Below are positions 1 to 11,400 of a DNA stretch of 57,737 bases, in pieces (position 1 is the stretch's first letter; every line of letters begins with the position of its first letter). The position numbers were made by a program, and so were the translations under genes. A model generated the notes under the pieces. It saw only the letters and a program-made list of their open reading frames with translations, searched no databases and was not told where the DNA came from. The DNA is from Planctomycetota bacterium. Lineage in GTDB: Bacteria; Planctomycetota; GCA-002687715; DRQF01. The DNA is taken from the NCBI GenBank assembly GCA_027001995.1, contig JALTLO010000068.1, positions 1-57,737 of the forward strand. Direction: 5' to 3'.

Positions 1-3000
1 ATCGGCACGATGAGAAAGTTGAGGCCCCACCACCCCCTCACTCGCCAAGTTCTCGAAGACGATTCCTTCCGATTTCAGACCACTCTGCCATTGGCCCACA
101 GTTTCGATGCCCAGGCTAAGAATCTTGTGCGAGAGTGTTAAATCGTCCCACAACAGGTAGGCCAAATGCTGATTCTTGTACCCTGTACTTGGCAAAAATT
201 GAGGAGCTTTCAAAGCAAAAACATAGTCTTCGAACTTCATGTCCCCAGGCTCAGTAACTTGAGGCAGAGGCTTCAAGCTTATCGCTTCCTTCGCTCTGCG
301 GCTTTCCTGTTGGCGGCGAATCTGCCCGAGATCATGCACCCGGGCCGCTTCAGCACCGGCCTGTGAAAACGCCCGATTGAGACGCTCAATATCCCCATCA
401 TCACTGGTGAGATAGAAAACCTGCCGCCCATCCTGAGTCATGCGCGCCAGACTCTTGGCGATGGCCGAAAACCGGACTGGATCACTATGATCCATAGCCT
501 CGTCCAAGAACAAAGGCATGGTGATCCCCTTTTCGACACTGGCAGCAAAAGAAAACTTGGCGGCTAAGATCAGTTGGACCCGAGTTCCATCAGAGAGTTC
601 TTCTAATTCGAGGGGTTTCCTTGTGCTTGTTTCAAGAGCGATAAATCGGGGGACGTCCGCAAACGACATTTCCAGGTCGTAAGCAAAGTTGGTAAATTCC
701 TGAAAGTATTTCTTGGCTCCGGCGAAGACCTGGGGCATCTGGTCTTTCTCATGTTTCTCCCGCACCCGTTCCAAAAGGAAACAAGCAGCGTGAGCCTGTA
801 AGGATTCCTGCTTCCTTTCAGCCAGCTCCATCAAACGAGATTCCTGCTGGGCCAAGGACTTCTCGATTGCTGACCCCTTTCGCTGCCTATCCACTTGAGA
901 CTTGATATCGGATATCTCCTCCTGCAAATTCCCAGCACGGGTTTGGAGTTCCTCCAACCTGGACATTTCACAATTAAGATCATCCTCACTCCGCTGGGCC
1001 AAAGGCTCTTCCTTCGCCTCTTTCAATCGGCGACGATCGCTGGCGATCTCCCCTTTCAAGTCCTTGATTTTCTGCACCAAGTAACCCCTGCTTTTGACCA
1101 TGTCACTCAGCCGCCGAAGATCTTCTTTGTCCCCCACATTGAGATTCGCCAATTGATAGAGTCTCTGTATTTTCTCTTCGATCTTGCCGATCTGCAATTG
1201 TGTCTCTCGGATCTCTTGGTTCGCATTCTGCTCATCCTTCTGGGCCGTTTCGAGAGCCCTGGTTCGACTCTCAAGAGAACGCACAAATGCCTTTGCCTGA
1301 GACCCGTTCTGAGGTTCTACTTCCCCAAATGGTGTGATCTCCCTGGCCAACCCATCCAAGGAATCAACAAGAGTCTTGCGGAGCTCGCTCAACTTCAATC
1401 GTTTACCACTCTCAACTTCAGCAGCACTGCGCAGATGATCTAGGGCGCGGATCCGATTGACAAGATCAGTGTCGTTTAAGACATTTTCGTATCCGAGGTC
1501 GGCTGCCATGGCGGCGCCTTCCTCCTCCAGCTCTTCAATTTCTGCATCAAGCACGTGAAGGCGATTCTTTGCTTCTCGCCGCCGTTCCCGCCGCAACAAA
1601 AAGTTATCCCGTAAGACTTGGAGTTCCGCCAGCTGCGACCGAAGAGCCATGAGTTGACTTTCAACTTCGACGACATCCCAAGACTTTGGAGATTCCACCG
1701 CCTCAGGGAATCGCCCCTGAATTTCTCGATGAAATGAACGAATTTTCCCTTCATTCCCCCGGGCCCGGACAACAAATCCCACAGCCACCCAAGCCAACCC
1801 CATGCCCCCGAAGGCCCAAAGGGATGGATGAACCTGAAGACCCAAGTAAGTGCCAAGAAGAAGAAAGAGCAAACCAGATCCCAGGAGTTGTTTCTTTGTG
1901 GGCACCGTCTCAAGCTCTTCGCTACCTTCACTGAAGTCCGGGACACGAAGCCATGCTTCCAAAGCACGGATGGCAGTTTGGGCTTGAGTAATCGTTCTGT
2001 CCTTGGGGGGGTCAGCCGAGGGAGACTCAAAAATCTTCACTTCCTCTCGGATGCGCGCCCGCCTCTCTCTTTTCTTTTGGCAGTCCCCCAAATATTGAAA
2101 CACAGGGGCGGAGGCATCCATGTCTAAGCTGGGCAACTCACCGTCCAAAGCAGAGAACCCCCCATTGCTCATCGCCTGATCCAATCGCCCTTGGGCATCG
2201 TTGCACTCACTCATTGCCCGACTGAGGCGATCTTCGACTTGACAAATCCGATCTGCTTGTCCAACCCAGGCTTGAAGAAGAGAATCCTTCAAAGGCATTT
2301 CCAAGTTGGTTTTCTGGGCCTTTTCTTGAGCTTCTAACTTCTTGGTCTCAGACCTCCTCAGCTTGACCTTCGCCTGGGCCAAATCTTGCTCAAGGTCCCC
2401 CATTTGTTTCGCCTCACCCCCACTCAGATTAGCGAGGGCGGGTGGCAAGTCTCGGAACTTTCTCTCTTCATCTGCCAGACGATCCAGAGCACGACGTAGA
2501 TCTATGGCATGTTTGAAACTATTGATACGCCTTGGCTCTCTGAGAGCATCGTCTCTCTCCTTTTCCAACTTCCCCAAGCGAGCGGCTTCGCTGCTTAGTT
2601 TACTTTGTTCTTCCACGGCCCGGCGAACCGCCTTGGTCGCCTCATCAAAGGACCTTCTCTCCCGATTGCCAAAACTACGGCCCATGGGTTTCGAGAATTC
2701 TTCTATGGCCGACCTTAAGTTGAAACCACCCGACATTTGTCGCTGGATCTCTTCTGCCAAGGAGCCACTGGCTTCGCGGGCTGGCCCCAAGAGATCTCTG
2801 AGTCGAAGAAAGAAATGACTAACATGGGACGGGCTCATCACGACAAGAGGTCTCTCTTCGCTGCCATTCTTTGTCCAAAGGTAGCGGCTACCATCTCGCT
2901 CGACGCGCCAAAGAACGCCCTTTTCCTCCACCAAGAGAGCGGCTTTACGATAGCCATCCCGCAGGTCCGCCTCCCCCAGCCACAAAGACTCCACCGCTCG

Positions 3001-3126
3001 GCAAAGCTGAGACTTGCCAATACCGTTAGGACCCATGATGACATTCAGACCAGGAGCCATCTCATCCACGACGAAAGGCGTGTTGATCCCTGGAAGGCGG
3101 TCGATTTCAATGCCTTTGATTCTCAT
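1..3126 (-). CDS. SbcC/Rad50/YhaN-like SMC-type ATPase (3' end runs off the window)
   Basis: Not in the ORF track because no stop codon lies inside the window. ATG at 3126 overlaps the stop of the upstream nuclease gene and reads MRIKGIEIDRLPGI...VIMGPNGIGKS (Walker A). A long coiled-coil region follows, then ELSDGTRVQL (ABC signature) and MPLFLDEAMDHSD (Walker B/D-loop) near 480-600. The frame at position 1 matches the start (3126 = 1042 codons). Confidence 0.85.
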   Translation of the reverse strand, partial: MRIKGIEIDRLPGINTPFVVDEMAPGLNVIMGPNGIGKSQLCRAVESLWLGEADLRDGYRKAALLVEEKGVLWRVERDGSRYLWTKNGSEERPLVVMSPSHVSHFFLRLRDLLGPAREASGSLAEEIQRQMSGGFNLRSAIEEFSKPMGRSFGNRERRSFDEATKAVRRAVEEQSKLSSEAARLGKLEKERDDALREPRRINSFKHAIDLRRALDRLADEERKFRDLPPALANLSGGEAKQMGDLEQDLAQAKVKLRRSETKKLEAQEKAQKTNLEMPLKDSLLQAWVGQADRICQVEDRLSRAMSECNDAQGRLDQAMSNGGFSALDGELPSLDMDASAPVFQYLGDCQKKRERRARIREEVKIFESPSADPPKDRTITQAQTAIRALEAWLRVPDFSEGSEELETVPTKKQLLGSGLLFLLLGTYLGLQVHPSLWAFGGMGLAWVAVGFVVRARGNEGKIRSFHREIQGRFPEAVESPKSWDVVEVESQLMALRSQLAELQVLRDNFLLRRERRREAKNRLHVLDAEIEELEEEGAAMAADLGYENVLNDTDLVNRIRALDHLRSAAEVESGKRLKLSELRKTLVDSLDGLAREITPFGEVEPQNGSQAKAFVRSLESRTRALETAQKDEQNANQEIRETQLQIGKIEEKIQRLYQLANLNVGDKEDLRRLSDMVKSRGYLVQKIKDLKGEIASDRRRLKEAKEEPLAQRSEDDLNCEMSRLEELQTRAGNLQEEISDIKSQVDRQRKGSAIEKSLAQQESRLMELAERKQESLQAHAACFLLERVREKHEKDQMPQVFAGAKKYFQEFTNFAYDLEMSFADVPRFIALETSTRKPLELEELSDGTRVQLILAAKFSFAASVEKGITMPLFLDEAMDHSDPVRFSAIAKSLARMTQDGRQVFYLTSDDGDIERLNRAFSQAGAEAARVHDLGQIRRQQESRRAKEAISLKPLPQVTEPGDMKFEDYVFALKAPQFLPSTGYKNQHLAYLLWDDLTLSHKILSLGIETVGQWQSGLKSEGIVFENLASEGVVGPQLSHRAD

Positions 3127-4493
3127 GCCTTGGCTCCCTGGCCCCTCTGCTGGAGCAAGACCCGGATAGCCTGCCGCGCCGACTGGATCATAAGTTGCCG
3201 CAAAGACTCATGGGCCAATGGATCTTCGTAGTCTCGACTCTCACGAAGTGGAGACCAACGACTGTGATTTGCCGTCTCCTTCAGTCGAGCTCGTGCGGCT
3301 TGCAATAGAACTTGGCATTCCCGACCGCCAGCTTCCAAGTGCAGAAGGTCTTGTGCCAAAATTGAAATCGGATCATTTCCTGTAGCCGCCTTCCTAAGAT
3401 CCAGAAACGCCTCCAAGCCATCCAAAACCCTGTCCACAAAAACGAAAGTACCGCCCACAATGCGGTTCATTTCTTGCCAGTGCTTTTGCCCCATCTCTCG
3501 CCGAATCGCGATTTCATGACGGGAAGATCCAGTGAGTCGCAAGCGCAAACCAAGAACCAAAGGTTGATGCCCAGTTTCTTGAATCTGACGAGCGATATCC
3601 TCCATCACATCGACAATGCGATCCCCCACGGTGGTGACATCATCCTCTGGATCCAATTTCAGATCTCGGTGCTCCCAACGTAAGGGAGCGATCACCTGCT
3701 GGGTGAGTTCAATCTCTCCCTGGGGCGAGATCTCCACCAGCCAGGGGCCATGGGGGCCGGTCTCCCTTCGTGTGAGTCCCGTCAAAGAACCCAGGTACCC
3801 GTAAGTCGCAATGCCCGATTCAATAGGGCCGTTCTGAAGACTTGGTTTGTGAATGTGGCCTAAGAACCACGCTGCAAACTGGGTGTCGCGGATCTCTCTA
3901 CTTGAGAAAGGAGCGTAGACCCCATGGGATCCGTCAAGATCCCCATGGACGATACCGATTTGAACAGCAGAGGATTGAGACCGCTGAGGAAGGTCCTTGA
4001 GTAAGGCAGCCAGGGGGCTTGTCCTGACTTTGGGCTCGGGAAAAGACCATCCCAGCAAATCCACCGTGGGTCCTTGAGCCTTAGAAAATGTCGCCCGCTC
4101 CCATTGACCCCCAGCCCCCAAAAACTCGAAACCGTCAATGGTTTTAGCCAAACGAGGTAGAGCCTCGACATCGTGATTGCCTCCTACCCCAAGAACGCGA
4201 ATCTCGGCGTCAACAAGACACTTGACGGCTTGCTCCAGGGGGCGCAAAGCCTCAAAACGAGCATTGGTACTTTCCACCACATCGCCGGCAAAGACCACGC
4301 CGTCCACTTGCAGGCGAATCGCCAAGTCTACCACCGATCCCAAAGCCGATTCTGGAGTCAAGGCGCTGAGCGATACAGAATTCGGTCCCTGAAGAATAGT
4401 ATCCAGATTCACTGGACGGGTTCCCAGGTGAACATCGCCAATGGCCAACAGTCGAATTGCCTGGGCTTTCAGGGGCATGTCCATTCTTTTCAT
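3123..4493 (-). CDS. SbcD/Mre11/YhaO-like DNA repair exonuclease (calcineurin-like metallophosphoesterase)
   Basis: Motifs GDVHLG, AGDVVE, GNHD, HGD and LGHIH. Start placed at MKRMDMP (4493; 4484 is also plausible) because the longer ORF overlaps the divergent gene. Confidence 0.88.
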   Translation of the reverse strand: MKRMDMPLKAQAIRLLAIGDVHLGTRPVNLDTILQGPNSVSLSALTPESALGSVVDLAIRLQVDGVVFAGDVVESTNARFEALRPLEQAVKCLVDAEIRVLGVGGNHDVEALPRLAKTIDGFEFLGAGGQWERATFSKAQGPTVDLLGWSFPEPKVRTSPLAALLKDLPQRSQSSAVQIGIVHGDLDGSHGVYAPFSSREIRDTQFAAWFLGHIHKPSLQNGPIESGIATYGYLGSLTGLTRRETGPHGPWLVEISPQGEIELTQQVIAPLRWEHRDLKLDPEDDVTTVGDRIVDVMEDIARQIQETGHQPLVLGLRLRLTGSSRHEIAIRREMGQKHWQEMNRIVGGTFVFVDRVLDGLEAFLDLRKAATGNDPISILAQDLLHLEAGGRECQVLLQAARARLKETANHSRWSPLRESRDYEDPLAHESLRQLMIQSARQAIRVLLQQRGQGAKA

Positions 4494-4702
4494 CCTCTTG
4501 TCTATTCCAAACCTCTTGCCGTCATCCACTAACCCCATGACTCTTGCAGAAGATCCAAGGGCCCAGATTGGCGCCTCATAGTCTCTCAACACAAGGACAA
4601 CTTGCACCGAAGGCCTCAATTGCGGATTATTGCCCTTGGGTGCCATACAGCGCAGGACCTCGCTGGAGCGCACCTGTTCCAAACCGTCCTTGAGAATGAA
4701 AC

Positions 4703-5947
4703 ATGACTGATCTCGAAACATTGCATATTGAATCCGGACTCCGTGAAATACCTTTTGGCTGCAAACCAGATCATGTCATTCAATTGCTCGGCGATCCTGA
4801 CGAAAGAGAAACCGACGAAGACGGTGATCTCACCATGGAATATTTGGAGCTGGGATTGACGTTTTCCTTCTGGGCTGACTTCGACAACGGATTGGGAGAA
4901 ATCGGAACCGAAAGAACAGGGGCCCTTTTGTGCGGCTTCGAGTTGAGCGGTGACAACCAAGAAACGATCAAGGCATTCATCGAACAAGAGCTCAACGCTG
5001 ACATCTCTCTCGAAGATAGTCGTGTCCATGAAGAAGGCCGGGTACAGTCTTGGATCGAAGTAGAAAGCAAAGGCATCACCTTCTGGTTCGATGACGGCCT
5101 CCTCTACCTCATCGACTGGACTTGCAAGTTTGACGGTGATACCCCAGCTTGGTTTCACGCCGATTCTGATTCCGAAAGCAAAGGATCGGCCCAAGAGAAG
5201 AAGACTTCCTCTCTTGCCATCGCCACAGAAGCTCCCGAAGTAGCAGAACCTCAAGCCCCAAGCTCAGCCCCAAGCTCAGCCCCAGCCTTGACCCAGTCCG
5301 AGAGCGAAACGGCAGAGAAAGAGGCTGCCCCCCCCATCCATGCAGACCTCAAGACGAAAGTCACAACCCTACCTGATGACGTGTTGGAGTGTTTTGAGGC
5401 CTGTTACCCCAATTCTCCCCCCATCGGGTTCTTGCTGCGCAAAGAATATCCCGAACTCTGGCTAAGAATCCACAGCCTGCCAGATTCGAAACGGTGGCCG
5501 ACGGAGGAATCCGAATATCAAACCCTCTATCGCCGCCACTACAAAGGGGCAGGAGAGGTCTTGGGTGAAGGGAGCCACTGTGCCGTTCTTCTCATTGCCC
5601 CTGGCGAAGTAAGCGCCGAAGAGTTGTCCGTCTTGTCCGGTTTAGGGGGCCCATTGCACGCCTACGGTGCTATGGACGAAAGCCTCTGGACCGGCAAAAA
5701 GGGAGTTTTCAAAGAACCGATGTTTCTCTTTGGCATCGGCATCACATGGGAATCTGGGTGCTATGACGCTTTCATCCGCGCTACGGCTGAAAACAAAATC
5801 AAAGCCATTGTTGTGGAGTTGGAAGAAGGCTGTATCTACGCCCCCTACGACGGCGGCGCTGATCTTTTCTACGACACGGAAGAAGACCGCGACGACGCCC
5901 AAAAGCGCCACCACGCTTGGCTCCCCCCCAGGCGAACCGGAAAGTAG
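4703..5947 (+). CDS. Acidic two-domain hypothetical protein; C-terminal half resembles DUF3885
   Basis: 414-aa ORF with an Ala/Pro/Ser linker. C-terminal motifs WLRIHSLPDSKRWP and IYAPYDGGADL are recalled from DUF3885-type proteins. Confidence 0.6.
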   Translation: MTDLETLHIESGLREIPFGCKPDHVIQLLGDPDERETDEDGDLTMEYLELGLTFSFWADFDNGLGEIGTERTGALLCGFELSGDNQETIKAFIEQELNADISLEDSRVHEEGRVQSWIEVESKGITFWFDDGLLYLIDWTCKFDGDTPAWFHADSDSESKGSAQEKKTSSLAIATEAPEVAEPQAPSSAPSSAPALTQSESETAEKEAAPPIHADLKTKVTTLPDDVLECFEACYPNSPPIGFLLRKEYPELWLRIHSLPDSKRWPTEESEYQTLYRRHYKGAGEVLGEGSHCAVLLIAPGEVSAEELSVLSGLGGPLHAYGAMDESLWTGKKGVFKEPMFLFGIGITWESGCYDAFIRATAENKIKAIVVELEEGCIYAPYDGGADLFYDTEEDRDDAQKRHHAWLPPRRTGK

Positions 5948-6339
5948 TCAAGAACAAAGGTCGCGGTTGCTTCAACAGCTTCCTGGACCAAGTATGTGAC
6001 TTTCTCAAAAGCGTCTCGCTTCGCCTGATGGGAGCGCTCAATCTGTCTTGTCATTTGTCTTCACGACCGTCCTTCAGGCATGCCAGCGAGGCTCGGCCCA
6101 GTCTTTGTCTATCCACCCTTGGGGAGAACTACTGTGGATGCCCTCCCGTAAAAGCTCTTCGAGCTTTGCTTAAGCTGCACGCTCTTGGTCATCACGGAGA
6201 AGCTCGCGGATGTACTCACTCGTCGAGCTCTAGCCAGACGAAACTTTCTCTTCCACGAACTCAGGGCGGGTGGACGGTCAGGAGATGTTCATCGTGGTTA
6301 TGATGTTTGCGTCGGGTAACTCCATGGGGTGAGTATGCA

Positions 6340-8481
6340 CTATTTGACCTCCAGTTGGATGGCATTGCTCAAAGAGATACCAAAGGTCTGGTTTAAGATG
6401 GCAGCTTGGAAAGTGGTCAAGATCCCCGCTGGGAGTTGAGGCAGGGTCAATTGCAAACCACCGAGGCCATCGATGTTAGTTTGAAACCAAGGGTTAAGAC
6501 CTGTGATCGAGGTGCCATCAAACAAGATATTGACGCCCACCGGAATCCCCGTCTGCGGGTCAGGCAAACCTCCTATGTCGATTTGCCCCATTCCTGGGAA
6601 GGTCGCGGCAACCGGATTGAGAGAACCAAACATCAAGAGGATAGGCTGATTCGCCTCGCCTTCAAAGCTGAAATTGAGAGCATCCCCTGGCAAAGCAGAA
6701 GTAAGATAAGGCCCGGTCTCCAAAGTAGACACAAGCTCATCCCCCAGGCTGCGAGCCTGGTTGAGATCAAAGAGGGCCAAACCGGGTTGAGGAGCTTGTC
6801 CTTGGCCAATTGGATGGTCCGAGACTTCAACATCATCGACGGCAATGACATGCTCTGGAGGGCCCAATGTCATCATGCCGCGAAAGCGCAATTCAACGAC
6901 CTTTCCACTGAATGAACTTAGATCGACGATGCGGCGAAGCCAAGTGACGTTGCCAGGTTGGGCCCCCGCAGGCCCAAAAACGTCGGGCACGACATTGCCG
7001 CTCGGATGTTCGATGACATCCACACTCAAGAGATTGCCAGGGGAAGGTACCGGGTCGTTGTGCCGACTATGCATCCAGAATTCAAGCCGCGGATTGCTGT
7101 TAAGCCGCAAGTCAAAAATGGGACTTAACAAGTTGACCAGAGGACCGGCGCCATTGTTGGTAGAGAAGAAATAGCCAACGCCTGGCAAACCAAGAGTGTG
7201 ATCCGCCGATGGCATTCCACCAGATATGCTGTGGTTAAACCCCCAAAACGCATTGCTCGAAAGACTGTCCGTTGGATCTTGCTGCCACCCACCAACCGGA
7301 TAACGACCACTGAACGGCACCGAGTCAAAAGTCTCCAGATGGGGAAACTGATCATAGACGTGGACCTCAGGGCCACTGTAATTCCGGGTCCGGGTGTCAT
7401 TCAGGGAGACTAAGTCTCCCGGAAAATTGGCTGTCACACTTAAGGAAGTCACAGTGGCGGCACTCATGTCAGCGGGAGTGGCAAAAGTATAAGAAATGGT
7501 CTTATTTCGGCCTAGGTTCTGGGTCAAGACCAGCGTCTCTGAAACCGTGGGGCCATTGGGAAAGGTATAGGACAAAGGAATCGCCGTTCCGGCGGGCAAA
7601 GGCGATGCACTGAGATTGCCCACCCGGACTGTTACCAGCTCGCTTGAAGAAAAAGGAATCAATGTGCGGGGAAGACGAATAGGGCTAGTCACTTGAGTCA
7701 CTGCCACATCCGTGGTGGCTGCGTTGATTTGCCCAGCCATCCCTGCGACGATCTCGGCTTGGCTCAGCACTCGGCTCCAAATCCGAAACTCATCGATTAG
7801 GCCGGGCCAAGTGCCGACGCCTTTGCCACCGATTTGGAGGCCCGTGTTGGCGGTCTCGATGAGGTCCAAGGGTGCATCTTGCTGAATAGAACTCGAAGCG
7901 ACACCGTCCACGTAGGGCGTGATCATCATGGTCAAGGAATCATAAGTAAAAGCAAAGTGCCGCCAGCCGGAAATCGTTGCTACTTCTTTTGCCGAGATAA
8001 CAAAACTCCCCCCCGTGCGTGAAAGAGTCAGATTGCCCGAGCCCCAAAAACTGTCATCTCGAATCCGTAGAAGAGAGGGGCCGGTCCCAAGAAAAAACGT
8101 ATCTGATCGATTATCGATTTTTTTGACCCAAGCTTCGATGGTCCAATCCCCAGAATAATTCACGGGGGAATTCGTCCGACACATGGCACCAGCACCCGAG
8201 GAGACGCGGGTATCCAAACACGACCCACCAAACTTTTGGTCAACGGAATTCCAGCCGGCTCCTCCTTGCAAAGTGACAGAAGTCCCAGGAAAACCCGGCT
8301 GGGCAAAGTCATTGGTCACAGACCCACCTCCGGCATTAAAACGAAGATAAAGCAATTCTGGCCGTTGCCCCATAACCCTGCCATCTAAGAGGCAGAAGAC
8401 GAGGAAAACCAGGGGTAAAAGAACTGGGGGATCCCAAGACATCGGGCTCCCACTCTTTTTTTCATTGTCATTGTGCCACAT
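6340..8481 (-). CDS. Exported modular protein: LamG-like domain, Ig-like domain, MAM-like domain and conserved C-terminal domain
   Basis: Hydrophobic signal peptide. LamG motifs WTIEAWVK, WRHFAFTYD and GLIDEFRIWSRVLS. MAM-like LLSPIFDL...LEFWMHS...IAVDDV. The C-terminal 450 aa are clearly homologous to 20673..22655. Confidence 0.8.
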   Translation of the reverse strand: MWHNDNEKKSGSPMSWDPPVLLPLVFLVFCLLDGRVMGQRPELLYLRFNAGGGSVTNDFAQPGFPGTSVTLQGGAGWNSVDQKFGGSCLDTRVSSGAGAMCRTNSPVNYSGDWTIEAWVKKIDNRSDTFFLGTGPSLLRIRDDSFWGSGNLTLSRTGGSFVISAKEVATISGWRHFAFTYDSLTMMITPYVDGVASSSIQQDAPLDLIETANTGLQIGGKGVGTWPGLIDEFRIWSRVLSQAEIVAGMAGQINAATTDVAVTQVTSPIRLPRTLIPFSSSELVTVRVGNLSASPLPAGTAIPLSYTFPNGPTVSETLVLTQNLGRNKTISYTFATPADMSAATVTSLSVTANFPGDLVSLNDTRTRNYSGPEVHVYDQFPHLETFDSVPFSGRYPVGGWQQDPTDSLSSNAFWGFNHSISGGMPSADHTLGLPGVGYFFSTNNGAGPLVNLLSPIFDLRLNSNPRLEFWMHSRHNDPVPSPGNLLSVDVIEHPSGNVVPDVFGPAGAQPGNVTWLRRIVDLSSFSGKVVELRFRGMMTLGPPEHVIAVDDVEVSDHPIGQGQAPQPGLALFDLNQARSLGDELVSTLETGPYLTSALPGDALNFSFEGEANQPILLMFGSLNPVAATFPGMGQIDIGGLPDPQTGIPVGVNILFDGTSITGLNPWFQTNIDGLGGLQLTLPQLPAGILTTFQAAILNQTFGISLSNAIQLEVK

Positions 8482-8484
8482 ATT

Positions 8485-11400
8485 TTAAGGTCTCCTGTAT
8501 GGCCTTCTCATGCGCCATTCTTGGACAAGTTTCTCAGTAGCAGACGCCCGATTCATCAAGATATTGTAGCCTCGCCCAGAGCGAAACGTTTGAAGCGGCT
8601 CGCCCACGGTTCCTCCTTGACTTCCAAGACCCAGGTTGTTGCCAAAGACTCGACCCGCACTTGAAATATAGGCGCTGCGCACGAGGGGCAGGGGAACATC
8701 CCAATATGCGTAGAGACCCGTGTCTTGGCCCCAAACGGCGGTGGCTGTTTGAGCACTATCACCCACATAATCTATCGCGGTATAGTCGGTGTAAAATAAG
8801 ACTGCGCCAGCCAGACTCGTGGGAGGAAGATCCACGTTATTCATACCGTTAATGGATGTACCCAAATCTGGGTCCATCGTCAGCCCAGATGCGAAGAACA
8901 TCGAATCTTGCTTGTCCCGAGTCACAATTTTTGAGCTCACCGGAAAAGGCCAGCCAATCGCCGAGACACCATAATAGACCGTGCCACTATCGGCGGCAGG
9001 GGGAAACACCTGCTGGGAAGGAATCGAAGGACAACCTGTAGGGGTGGCCAAAGCGTTCACGTAAGCAACAATATCACTTGTTGGTACAAGACCCGAAGAC
9101 CAATATTGGTCATCCTTATCAGATGAGAGAGGCGTTGCTAAATATTCGATGGCCTCATCTGGCCGCATGTGAAAGCTATCGAGATCAACAGGCAGAGGGG
9201 GCGTGTTGCTATCTGTTGATTCGAACCAATAACCATTGTAGATGCCCCCATCGTAGAATTCTAGGATCGTCCAAGCCTCTACTTCACTTGGGGTAAAACT
9301 CATGCTCCCATCCCAAGCGATAGAATGGGCGCATCGCTTCAAAAATCGAATTTGATCTCCTGCCCGAAAGGGGCTGGGCACATTGACGGTGCTGGGGGAG
9401 CTTGTGATGTCTGCGGCACGCAACCAACGATTAGCACCTGCTGAGGGACGTGTGTCTTGGAGGCCATCAAAAAGATCAGCGAGAGAAGCAAGGCGTCGCA
9501 CTGAGACACTCGACCCTGGGCTAATCGCCGTTGCCAAGGTGTCATTACTCGGCCAGTCATCTAGGGTCATGGTGCTGCCTGCGGCAGCATCCAAGAACCA
9601 CCAATGCCCTTCTAATCCATGATCTTCGGGATTTGGACTTTGGTTCGTCGGCGACAGAGGAAGTGTGATTCGTCCTGGTCGTCTTGAAGACGTATCCCAG
9701 TCTTCTGAGATCATGGCGTAATACTCAAAAGATCCAGCCTCAGTGGGATAAATCGGTGTATTGGGGTTGGTGGTGACAGAAACAGGATAGGCTGTGGTAT
9801 TGGCGCTCGTCCAAATAGTCTGAGCACTTGCTTGGGTTGCAGTGTTGACGCGAACCCGCCAAAGATCAGGTGTCTGAAATGGGTAGCAAATCAAGTTAGC
9901 CCGGGGCACAGTAGAGGCCAGAGGATCATTCCGAGAGATCAACATGCGATCGAGACCGACGGGTGCGGTGCTGATAGTGCGAAAGGCGGCCATGGCTGAC
10001 CCGCCCTTGAAAACAACTCGATAGAATTTCTCGTCGCTTCCGGCATTGACGGGGCGATTAAGAGTGAACTCAAATTCGTCTGGAGTGCCCGTGGGAGTGA
10101 TGGTGTAATTCTGCAGAACAGTTTTCCATTGGGGATAGAACTGAACTGGTGGCCCTTCACTGAAAAGAGAAATACTGGTTTGGACTTCATAGTCACTGGC
10201 GGCGTTGCCCCCTCCCCCTTGGAAGGTGATGGTGATGCGCCAGTTTTTGAGCCCCATGTTTAACTTCTTCTTGATTGAAGTAATGCGAAAAGTCTTGAAA
10301 GGATTGTCTAAGTCGGAAGAACCAGCAACGGGAGTACCCGTCAGATTCTCGTGTTCATATTCGTTGCGATCGCCTTGGCCATCGCCATCCGTGTCCCATT
10401 CGCTCACACTGAAAGCGGCTTCTTGACTATCGGGCAGACCGTCCTTGTCGCTATCGACAATGCCTCGAATATGGAGGTCAAAAAAATCAGCGAAAGCCTC
10501 AAAATCTTTTTGGTCCATGTCCCGCCAACCGTGCCTTTGGCCAAACCTTGGAAACTGAGATAAGTTTGAAGCTGTGGCCCGGCCATCGTAAACAGTCTTG
10601 AATCGTTCGGCCTGAAAGGGAACAACAACAGAGTCCGTATCACCGTAGAGATAAAAAACAGGAGGGGCAGCCGAGTGGACTAAATCAACGATGTTATGGC
10701 CTGTGAACATCTGAGCCCAGTCGGTGGGAATAACCTGATAAATCGTGTTCAGGGCCATGTCGTTATTGTTTACGGCCCGATCAGCCGGGGGCGGAAATGG
10801 AAATGCAGCCGGATAAAGCACGGTGAACGATAGAGTGTCAAAGAGGACATGCTTCCAGAGAACATCCCCTCCTGTTGCACTCGGTATTTTCTTCAAGTAC
10901 CCCTCCGGAAGAAACTGCGCAGAAGGTACGCCATTGAGAGCATCGGTAAGCAGGCCACCATTGGCAGGAAATTGAATCTGCTGGGCGGGGGGATAGTGAG
11001 TTGGAAGCCCTAGGTAGCTAGGCACGGGAAACCCTGAGGCGCTGAGGTCAACGTGGGCGAAGCCAGAAGCATTGCGCCTCATATAGCTGTCGTCCCCCGG
11101 AAAACGCCAATTGTAGGTATCAACTCCTGGGCAACAAACGGCAGTTGCCCCTACCCCGGAATCGAGGAGTGTTTCCACTCCATTGAGGTCCGTCACCAGG
11201 GTGCTCTTTCTGAGCGATGCTTCCTTCATGGCAATGTCAAGGATGAAGAAAGCACCAGCACTTCCCCCGAAGCCACCATATGAATTTGGATCCGACGGGT
11301 CTACGATCGGGAAGGGCACCCCGGCTGGGTGATTGGGAGGGGGAACTCCTTGGTTGAACTTCTTGATCTCAATCACAGATAGCTCAACGAATTCGCGTAT

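Noticed and set aside
166..3231. Several ORF-track entries such as 895..1443, 1476..2030, 2342..2818 and 2737..3231
   Set aside because: They are shadow frames of the long minus-strand SMC-like gene that the track omits.
5254..5284. 12-bp tandem repeat (AGCCCCAAGCTC) x2.6
   Set aside because: In frame; it only lengthens an APSS linker and cannot switch expression.
5948..6339. 390-bp gap between convergent genes with a 128-aa ORF (5917..6303)
   Set aside because: No ribosome-binding site, motif or clear RNA structure that I can support.
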